A stretch of 63,771 nt of DNA, counting the filler, from Trichomonas gallinae (taxonomy: Eukaryota): the NCBI GenBank assembly GCA_008369845.1. It is 5 parts of 5 records of this genome, joined end to end, with 100 filler letters (N's around TTAATTAATTAA, not from the genome) between each part and the next. Parts side by side here need not be neighbours in the genome. Positions count along the whole stretch, not along the records: positions 54,059 to 57,568 come from MRSU01001380.1; positions 57,669 to 59,704 come from MRSU01001386.1; positions 59,805 to 63,771 come from MRSU01001395.1; 2 more parts are not named here. One strand, written 5' to 3'. The translations under genes were made by a program, and so were the position numbers. Under the pieces are notes generated by a model. It did no database searches. It had not been told where the DNA came from and saw nothing but the letters and a program-made list of their open reading frames with translations. Positions 56,535 to 63,771 of the stretch are shown piece after piece; positions within the stretch are counted from its first letter, which is position 1, and every line of letters begins with the position of its first letter.

Positions 56535-56707
56535 TTTTTAAGATTCAAGGGTCACACCCTAAATAAGCCATCGTGAAAATTTTTGACAATTAAATTATTT
56601 TATGTGTCAGTTTTATATCTCAAAGGTCGTTGGTTCAAGTCTGATGCATTTGTTGTTTTGATTTTAATGTAAAGTATATAAATTTTAATGCATCCAAATT
56701 CGTCACT

Positions 56708-57568
56708 ATGAAAATAGATTCCTCTCTCATTCCGCCTTGTCGACCCAACAAAAGGTAAGGATAACGTCACAATCAATCGAAATACGTACGAATTTCGATA
56801 TCCATGCGAAACCAAATCCGATTGTACCGATTACGAGGTCAAATTACCACGCGGGCTATACAAGTTCGAAGCGTATGGTGCTAGCGGTGGAATACCCAGT
56901 TCCGGAAGCTATAGTTCCTATATTAATCCATTGACGAAACAATGTAACCAAAGTATTGTCAATTTTTTTCGTGGGAACGCCAAATGTGATGCAGAAAAGT
57001 ACTCTACAGGTCCAGGCGGCTACGTCAGCTCCATACTCTACCTTACCCATGAAACCACGGCCTTCATCATGATAGGCGGGCAAGGAACATTCGGTTGGAA
57101 GCAATTACCTAGTGATCCATTCTCAAGAGATGCGTACATTCCAGGTGGGTATGGAGGAGGTGGCCCAACACGCCCCAATGCTGTATCAAACTATCCAGCC
57201 TCATCAGGAGGCGGAAGAACATCTCTGATGATGCTCGAAGATGACATCTTCCACTCCGTCCTTGTCTCTGGGGGCGGAGGTGGCTGTGATGACTATAGCT
57301 CTCACAAAGGGATGGGAGGTGCTGGAGGAGGCCTTTCGGCACAAAGTTTCTGGATTACTAATACTTATCAACCAAACTTTGAGTCCAACTCCAGTCACTT
57401 TTTCACCTACGGAAATGGAGAAGCAGTTATCAAAGGAAAGTCTGCCCATCCACAAGGCTCAAAACTGATTCCATCAACCACAGATGAGTATTCAGGAGCA
57501 GGAGGTGGATGGTTTGGTGGTTTCGCTTCATTCCATGCCAATGGTGGAAGTGGCGGAGGCTCAAGTTT
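56708..57568 (+). pseudogene. Glycine-rich (PE-PGRS/loricrin-like) trichomonad family gene; frameshift just after ATG, 3' end cut by contig end
   Basis: Frame open from 56718 (IPLSFRL...YEFRYPC....DCTDYEVKLPRGLYKFEAYGASGG) into the track ORF (GGYVS, GGYGGGG, SGGGRT, GAGGGWFGG); the Inr-preceded ATG at 56708 is out of frame. Confidence 0.75.
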
Positions 57569-57668
57569 NNNNNNNNNNNNNNNNNNNNNNNNNNNNNNNN
57601 NNNNNNNNNNNNTTAATTAATTAANNNNNNNNNNNNNNNNNNNNNNNNNNNNNNNNNNNNNNNNNNNN
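57569..57668. other. Artificial contig linker
   Basis: N44-TTAATTAATTAA-N44. Confidence 0.97.
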
Positions 57669-57942
57669 CTACAATATATTTTGCAAATCCTAAGCTACAA
57701 TATATTGCATTAATGTGTATATATATTATATGACTTATAAAAAACATACATCAGAAAAATATTTCTGAAGATATTCATGGATTTATGTTTTGGAAAAGAT
57801 GACAAATTTGATAACCTCATAGAATCAATTGATAGTTTACAAAACGGTTAGAACGGTCCCTTAATGTATAAAATCAGTTTTATGTGAATTTATCACTTCA
57901 TTTAAATTATTGACATTCTGAAAATAGCATCGTTATTAATAA

Positions 57943-59559
57943 ATAGTTTCGACTAACCAATGGACATTCGAATATACAACTGGCAAACCTTACGACCTAA
58001 GAAGACCAGATGGAAGTATTATTAGTGGAAATGATCTTCGAATTTATTATAAAATTGGAAGTGGAAATGAGAAACAAGTTCCTCAAAATAGTGCTGGGAA
58101 TTATACAGATGGGAGTTTTGATATTAAGGCCGAATATGAACTGCTTGAAGGGTGCGACTACATTAACATCAAGTATGTATTAACAAATAAAGGAAGCACA
58201 CAACAGACATTTGGATTATGCCCATTTATATATATTCAAATAGATGGAAATTCACAAAGTGACATGAGAAATCTTGAAGGAAATAAAGGCTTCGAAGTTT
58301 TCCATATTAATGGAAAGAAATTTGTCTTTCTTCTTCGAAATTCAGCAAAAGTTTCTGATATTAGTACTTATACATATCGTGATGGTCATAATAATATAAA
58401 TCCTTATTCTAATTCAAATGATCGTTGGTCCAATAGACCAAATTACAACGAAAAACCATATGATGATTACGGTAGTTTTTTTGTTTTTTCTTGGCAAGGA
58501 ATTGTTTTAAACCCACAAGAATCAAAGACTTTTTCATTCTTTGTAGGTGTTGGCGAGTATATAAATCCTCACACACTTAGGCTTGTTACAAATCTTAACG
58601 AGTTTTATGACCCTTACGATGTAGTATCTCTGACGTTGAATTCTGACTCTGTAATTAAGTCCAAAACAGTTTTAGTCACACGAACACCAAACATGTCATA
58701 CCCGAGTAACGCGAAAAAGACAGTCAAAACATTTATCGACACTGGATCAACAGAGATCATTGAAGACAAACTTGATATACCTTCTACAGAAGGAATATAT
58801 AAAATTACGTATACAATTGAAAGTGAAGACTTGTCAAGTGAATTAATTGTCAACATTTTATATACAGAAAAGCCAGTTTTTCATCTTATTGGTAGTCTAC
58901 CAGACAAGATCTCAAGTTCTTCACTTGTTAAGTTTGGTATCAAGACAGAGGATGATAGTAACTTCCGTATTTTTGTAAAAGACAAAACAACTACATTCTT
59001 TGAAAATAACGTGTTAGCAGAAGACTCAAATCAAAATATTTTTAATTTTAGTTTTAGTATTTCTTCCCTTGATATTAATAATCTATATAACTGCAGCATA
59101 TATATAATGAATGAATTTAATATAAAGTCTGATCCAGTTCCTTTCAATTTCGTTTTCGTAACATTTGTACCTCCAGAATTTTCAATCATTAATAGAATTG
59201 GCACGTTTTATCTAATTAACACACAAATCTCTGTACACGGCTTATTCCGTGATATTGAAGGAACTCCTCAGACATGCATCCATACTGCATTCAACTTTTC
59301 TAATTCTACATCTCGATATTGTGATGACACTAGCGATGGCCAATGGCATCCTTTTGAATTTAATATTCCTATCGAAAACATTACTGAAAGCGTCACAGTT
59401 TTATCTATATTCTCGGTTGATAGTAATAACTTTAAAAGCGACCCATTTACACAAGCATTTGCTATCTACAGCAACAGAGCTCTTGGATTCCAGACAAAAT
59501 GCTTTGCTATAGGATCTCGCTATGAATATCTCTGGCAATATGTTGTATTCCTAACATAA
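57943..59559 (+). CDS. Bap-like / Ig-like repeat surface protein, native start apparently lost
   Basis: Frame is open 107 codons upstream of the track ATG (IVSTNQWTFEYT...IKYVLTNKG..QQTFGL), then FSWQ...L.P.ESK.FSF..G, beta-rich repeats and a short hydrophobic end; stops and no ATG 5' of 57943. Confidence 0.65.
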   Translation: MVSTNQWTFEYTTGKPYDLRRPDGSIISGNDLRIYYKIGSGNEKQVPQNSAGNYTDGSFDIKAEYELLEGCDYINIKYVLTNKGSTQQTFGLCPFIYIQIDGNSQSDMRNLEGNKGFEVFHINGKKFVFLLRNSAKVSDISTYTYRDGHNNINPYSNSNDRWSNRPNYNEKPYDDYGSFFVFSWQGIVLNPQESKTFSFFVGVGEYINPHTLRLVTNLNEFYDPYDVVSLTLNSDSVIKSKTVLVTRTPNMSYPSNAKKTVKTFIDTGSTEIIEDKLDIPSTEGIYKITYTIESEDLSSELIVNILYTEKPVFHLIGSLPDKISSSSLVKFGIKTEDDSNFRIFVKDKTTTFFENNVLAEDSNQNIFNFSFSISSLDINNLYNCSIYIMNEFNIKSDPVPFNFVFVTFVPPEFSIINRIGTFYLINTQISVHGLFRDIEGTPQTCIHTAFNFSNSTSRYCDDTSDGQWHPFEFNIPIENITESVTVLSIFSVDSNNFKSDPFTQAFAIYSNRALGFQTKCFAIGSRYEYLWQYVVFLT

Positions 59560-59704
59560 ACAATTAGATTTAATTACCTTTGTTATTCGAATAATATTAT
59601 GTGAAATCAAACTATTATATTAGTGATAAAAATTATCTGATATACAATAAATTTATCCACAACAAAAAAAAAAAAAAAACAAAAAAAAAAAAAATAAAAA
59701 AAAA

Positions 59705-59804
59705 NNNNNNNNNNNNNNNNNNNNNNNNNNNNNNNNNNNNNNNNNNNNTTAATTAATTAANNNNNNNNNNNNNNNNNNNNNNNNNNNNNNNNNNNNNNNN
59801 NNNN
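59705..59804. other. Artificial contig linker
   Basis: N44-TTAATTAATTAA-N44. Confidence 0.97.
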
Positions 59805-60172
59805 ATGTAGTCGTCGTTTCCTCCCTCGGAGTTCTCCACAAGAAGTCAATGGAGAAGCTCGCAAAGCTCCTTGACGTCAAGAAGACAGCGAGAGCGCGCC
59901 TCGAAAGGTACCTCTCCAACGCTGCTATCATCGGTTCTTATCACTGTTTCCACCGTGAAGACATCACAGGAAACGCAGATGATGAGCAAGACTTGAATGC
60001 AGAAGAACCATAAATATGAAGACCCTCTCACTCAAGTCAACCACAATATGAAGAAAGAAAATAACATGAAAAAAAAGAAAAAAAGAAAATTATAATTTTT
60101 AAAATTTTATTCAGGTCCGAATAGGACTTTTTCGAGCCTGCAACGGCACGAAAACAAATAAGAATAAATAAT
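59805..60172 (+). mobile_element. 3' end of a putative RLE-type (NeSL/R2-like) non-LTR retrotransposon: ORF C-terminus 59807-60013 plus 3' UTR
   Basis: GC-rich frame VVVVSSLGVLHKKSMEKLAKLLDVKKTARARLERYLSNAAIIGSYHCF...*, resembling the hhhSSLG...S...L..LL...LS.AAI.GS tail of RLE elements; A-rich UTR with two hairpins; begins at a contig break. Confidence 0.68.
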
Positions 60173-60196
60173 TCGGTTCGATTCCGGCCTGCCCCT
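60173..60196 (+). tRNA. 3' fragment of a tRNA gene (T-arm, acceptor 3' strand, U73), tRNA-Cys-like
   Basis: TCGG-TTCGATT-CCGGC CTGCCCC T with a perfect B-box GGTTCGATTCC; no 5' half upstream. Confidence 0.78.
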
Positions 60197-60202
60197 CGCT
60201 GC

Positions 60203-60214
60203 TTTTTTTTTTTT
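60203..60214 (+). terminator. Pol III-type oligo-T terminator
   Basis: T12 begins after a 6-nt trailer following the discriminator base. Confidence 0.65.
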
Positions 60215-60539
60215 CATAACCGAAATTTTTGTCTTTTTGTTCAGCTTTAAAAGGATCTGTTTCAATGCAATGTTAATTCTTTTTATATTCTTAAGAATTA
60301 TGGTGCTAAATCTAACACTAACTGACTTCCAGTTACTTTATCGCATATTCAGTTCAGTAATTAAACTCCGAAACCATTAACACGGTTCACAAATGCATAG
60401 AAACTCTATAGTCCAGATAGAAATTTGTCTAGATTTTCTTCAATTAATGTCACAATATGATTTTTCAAACGAGAATATAAACATCAATAACCATATTCTG
60501 CCACGCCCCCTGCATTAGTAAATATTAGGGGGTGGTCTC

Positions 60540-60544
60540 CCTTT
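60540..60544 (+). promoter_or_regulatory. M5 (CCTTT) core-promoter motif
   Basis: CCTTT 7 nt upstream of the RPL9 ATG, same arrangement as at RPL31. Confidence 0.6.
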
Positions 60545-60551
60545 TAGACAA

Positions 60552-61145
60552 ATGCCGCGTCCTGTTCTTCACGAAGAACATTTCAAGATCCCAGAAAATA
60601 TCAAATGCTCCGTTAAGTCAGGTGTTGTTACAATTGAGTACACAGACCCAAAAGATAAGAAGACATCCAAACTTGTCAAGGATCTTTCCCATCTTAAACT
60701 TGATTTCGAATATGAGCAAGAGAATCATCGTATTACGGCTCGTTGTTGGTTCGGAAACCGTAAACTCCTTGCTAGAATCGGAACACTCTTTGGCCTTGTT
60801 AAAAATATGATTACTGGTGTTACCGTTGGATGGCGCTACAGAATGCACTTCGTTTACTCCCATTTCCCAATCAAGCATACATGCTCTGATGATGGACGCG
60901 TTTTTGATTTCAATGGCTTCATGGGCCATAAAGAGCACAGAATTGTTAAAGCTCCAGAAGGCGTTAGAATCTGGTCTAATGAATCTGTTGCAAAAGACGA
61001 AATTAATATTGAGGGTGCTAGCTTAGAAGATGTTTCTTTAGTTTGTGGTCAAATTCACCAACTTACAAAGATCAAAGATAAGGATCTTCGTAAGTTCCTT
61101 GATGGTATCTATGTCCAACACATCGAACATCTCAAAGGAGAATAA
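60552..61145 (+). CDS. RPL9: 60S ribosomal protein L9 (uL6)
   Basis: WFGNRK, NMITGVT.G.RY.M.FVYSHFPI, KDEI.IEG, IKDKDLRKFLDGIYV. Confidence 0.96.
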   Translation: MPRPVLHEEHFKIPENIKCSVKSGVVTIEYTDPKDKKTSKLVKDLSHLKLDFEYEQENHRITARCWFGNRKLLARIGTLFGLVKNMITGVTVGWRYRMHFVYSHFPIKHTCSDDGRVFDFNGFMGHKEHRIVKAPEGVRIWSNESVAKDEINIEGASLEDVSLVCGQIHQLTKIKDKDLRKFLDGIYVQHIEHLKGE

Positions 61146-61216
61146 AATTAGATTAGATTATTTTTTGTAAATTCATGTTTTTTAATTTACCAATAAAATA
61201 CAATTTACCAATAAAA

Positions 61217-63517
61217 TTAATGGATAGCATTTGCTGACTCCACATCTGAGCAAAACCTATTCCAGTCAATGTCACCGTTCATATTCCTCTTATAAACCCT
61301 AAGTAAGTTTTGCATATCAGCCTCTCTGATAATTAATCCGTATGATTCAATGCATCTTCTGAAATCTTGTTGGCTCATTAATGGATTAGTAATTCCAGCA
61401 AATGGCTGTCGAACTCTTTTATGCCTCTCAGCAAGCTTTTCTCGAATCATGCAATTAACTCTCATTGTCGCAGAATCAACACTCGTCATAGTTAAGTTAT
61501 CTACCTTTGTCTCAGCTAATTCTCTAGCATCAATGCTTAGAGCACTAATTTCTGCACAAAGTTTCTTGTAGCTGACTTTCTCAGGCATTCTTGGATCAGC
61601 ATAAGCTTCTGCCAGTGTAGCAAAATCAGATAGTAATCCAGGAAAACCAATACCTTCCAAAATAGGTTGGAGTCTGACTCTCGGAATCAATCCTGACGAA
61701 CTTGTATCATATGGCAAGAAAACAGTATCTGGAGAGATTTTTCCATTCATCAAGAATATTTTCAGCTTGTGAAGTATCAATTCGACATTTGATCTATTCG
61801 TTTTTTCGTTCGCCAACAATTCTTGCGTAACTTTGGGACTATTAATGACTCTTTTTGCACCAAAGTCTATCATATCTTGACAGAATTGCTCGTAGCTACA
61901 AACTCCACCAGCTGAAGTGTAAAATTTAGTGAGTACTTCAGCTTCATTATTTTCGACTCGCATTGGAAGGCTTTGAATAACGCACCTAAATGCATCAGGT
62001 GTAATCAAGCCATTATTTTTCGTGTCATATTTTCTGAACTCGCCACTCAAATTTAATTGGAATCTCTCACAAATTGCTGCAATTTTTGTCATAGCTGCAA
62101 GAGAAATTGATGCTCCTTCATTCCTATCATGTCTTGGGAGAGGTTCAAGCTTTTCTTCTTTCGGCTTTTCAATTTTTGGATCAACCAAATCACAGAAATC
62201 CAAGTAATCAATGAGACCTTCTTGGCCTTTTCCATATCCATTTTTGAGTGCTGCGGATTCCGGCTGATTTATATCAAATCCTATAGCTCTTAGTGCTGCA
62301 GAGAGTTGATTGAATACAACAGTGCCTGAGCGAGTTGTATCGAATCTTTCCAAACGTGGCTTTAATTGGATCTTGTTTGCTGACAAAAAGTCATGTAGTC
62401 TGATAACAACAGCATCTGGATCGACCGATGGTGCTTTGTTAGGTGCAACCTGTGAAAAGAATTCTCTGTAATGTATATTACCTGATGCATCGCCAAAATT
62501 TTGCTCGATTACGTTCATTTCCTCATTATTTAATTGAAATCCCGAATTTATAAGAGCTCGGAAAAAGCGTTGTGATGGTACAGTTCCATTATGACGGATA
62601 TCAAAGCTTTCTATTTGATCGACGGTTGTTGGACGTCTATTTTGGACAAATTGCGTTATTCTGTTAAGGAGTTCGTTTAAATCAACAACAGGACGACGAC
62701 TGGATGGTGGCCTAGATAAAGTAGACTGAATTTTTTGTATTTCCTCGCCAAAACCTATATAATCAAACTGACCGTTGTATTCAAAAGCATTTGCAAGTTC
62801 ATTCAGTTGTGCAGGAAGTAATGGTGCTCCCCAATTAGCGATTTCAGAAAGAAATTGTGATGTTAGAATTTTGCGGTGCTTATATCGATCGTAACGACTC
62901 AATAATTGTATTGGATCAATTGATTGAGACTTCATCCATTTAGCAAGATCTGTTAAGAAAGCTGGTAACTGGGATGTATCTCTACAAGGTGTTGAAGCGG
63001 GTTTTTGTGCTAATGCTTGTTGAATATCTTGATTAAGTCGCATATATTCTATTTCATGTGTAGCTTGGTTCATATATTCTGCTGCAATTTTTTGTGCAAG
63101 TGGTGTGTTGCTTACATATCTGAAAAACACAGCAGGTTCAACCCTTCCTGTGTGATGTCGATCATAAAGCTTGAGACAGCCTGCAACATCTGTTCCTTGA
63201 TCACGGAATGTAGATCCAAATTGTCGAAGTTCTTCGATTGAAATAGTTTTGTTAGTTTTATCTATTTTGGCATCTTCCATATCATGAAGGAAAACAGCAT
63301 AGTAAAAACTAGTTCCTTCAGAGTATGGAGTACAGATAAATTCAAATTTTTCATCATCAACGAATAAATTGATATTTGCAAGTAATTTTCGAAAATTTGT
63401 AAACGAAATTAGACCAGTTTGCTTTGGATCGTACTCTTCGAACATGTCATAAAGATTTCCGCCTTTGCGACGTGCTTTTTCTTTCATATCATTGAGAAAA
63501 AGAAGAACATGCTCCAT
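61217..63517 (-). CDS. Multi-EF-hand repeat protein
   Basis: About 7 repeated modules of F..YD...TG.I...F...L...I.Y..F (YDPKQTG, YDRHHTG, FDIRHNG, FDTTRSG, YDTKNNG, YDTSSSG). Confidence 0.85.
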   Translation of the reverse strand: MEHVLLFLNDMKEKARRKGGNLYDMFEEYDPKQTGLISFTNFRKLLANINLFVDDEKFEFICTPYSEGTSFYYAVFLHDMEDAKIDKTNKTISIEELRQFGSTFRDQGTDVAGCLKLYDRHHTGRVEPAVFFRYVSNTPLAQKIAAEYMNQATHEIEYMRLNQDIQQALAQKPASTPCRDTSQLPAFLTDLAKWMKSQSIDPIQLLSRYDRYKHRKILTSQFLSEIANWGAPLLPAQLNELANAFEYNGQFDYIGFGEEIQKIQSTLSRPPSSRRPVVDLNELLNRITQFVQNRRPTTVDQIESFDIRHNGTVPSQRFFRALINSGFQLNNEEMNVIEQNFGDASGNIHYREFFSQVAPNKAPSVDPDAVVIRLHDFLSANKIQLKPRLERFDTTRSGTVVFNQLSAALRAIGFDINQPESAALKNGYGKGQEGLIDYLDFCDLVDPKIEKPKEEKLEPLPRHDRNEGASISLAAMTKIAAICERFQLNLSGEFRKYDTKNNGLITPDAFRCVIQSLPMRVENNEAEVLTKFYTSAGGVCSYEQFCQDMIDFGAKRVINSPKVTQELLANEKTNRSNVELILHKLKIFLMNGKISPDTVFLPYDTSSSGLIPRVRLQPILEGIGFPGLLSDFATLAEAYADPRMPEKVSYKKLCAEISALSIDARELAETKVDNLTMTSVDSATMRVNCMIREKLAERHKRVRQPFAGITNPLMSQQDFRRCIESYGLIIREADMQNLLRVYKRNMNGDIDWNRFCSDVESANAIH

Positions 63518-63771
63518 TTTATTTATAAACGTAAACTTTATAAAATTTTTAATTGAGGCGTGTATCGTTTATGATCAATGTAACATTAAATATTTTATAA
63601 TGGATTTTAAGCATTATAGATCTCCAAACTTTCATCTCAAAATTATGCTGAGATTTTTTTTAAAGATTCCCTGCACTTCCATAGATATATCATCTTTATA
63701 TGAATATATGAATATTTACGGTTAGTGGAGCATTGACGCAAATACTAAGAATATCGTATCATATTTGCAGC

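Noticed and set aside
57950..57965. ACTAAC branch-point-like motif (also near 3928, 51438, 60318)
   Set aside because: Not followed by AG at the fixed trichomonad spacing (ACTAACACACAG) and no matching 5' splice site seen
59749..60031. Minus-strand track ORFs at 59749-59931 and 59846-60031
   Set aside because: Antisense shadows, one running into Ns; the + strand frame has the recognisable motif and codon bias
53886..60196. Joining the 5' tRNA piece (53886) and the 3' tRNA piece (60173) as one split tRNA
   Set aside because: Different contigs, both contain a T-loop, and the acceptor strands do not pair (GGCACGA vs CTGCCCC)
60113..60196. Intron-containing tRNA-Cys or hammerhead ribozyme built from the hairpins
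   Set aside because: No 5' acceptor strand or D-arm, and no CUGANGA core on either strand
61184..61217. 16-bp direct repeat AATTTACCAATAAAAT between convergent genes
   Set aside because: Short AT-rich slippage duplication with no sign of function

Overview
AT-rich eukaryotic DNA, very likely from a parabasalid protist (Trichomonas-like). This is inferred from intronless compact genes, BspA-like LRR, Bap-like and glycine-rich surface families, BEACH, Myb and ankyrin genes, and Inr/M2/M5-type core promoters. The window is five contigs joined by four artificial 100-nt linkers (N44-TTAATTAATTAA-N44), so adjacency across linkers is meaningless. It holds about 30 protein genes (Mn-type CDF transporter, Rab, Rac, BEACH, Myb, bacterial-type xylulokinase and 5-hydroxyisourate hydrolase, PPIL2-like, RPL31, RPL9, CAMK kinase, inositol polyphosphate kinase, exportin-like, ORC1, amino-acid permease, EF-hand protein), several pseudogenes and a truncated tRNA-Ser. 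The most notable signal is missing from the ORF track. At the start of the last contig (59805-60214), a + strand reading frame resembles the C-terminus of a restriction-like-endonuclease (NeSL/R2-type) non-LTR retrotransposon. It is followed by a two-hairpin 3' UTR that runs directly into the 3' part of a tRNA gene (T-arm, acceptor strand, U73, poly-T terminator; tRNA-Cys-like). This suggests a tRNA-targeting site-specific retroelement. All protein calls come from motif recognition by eye, not database searches.
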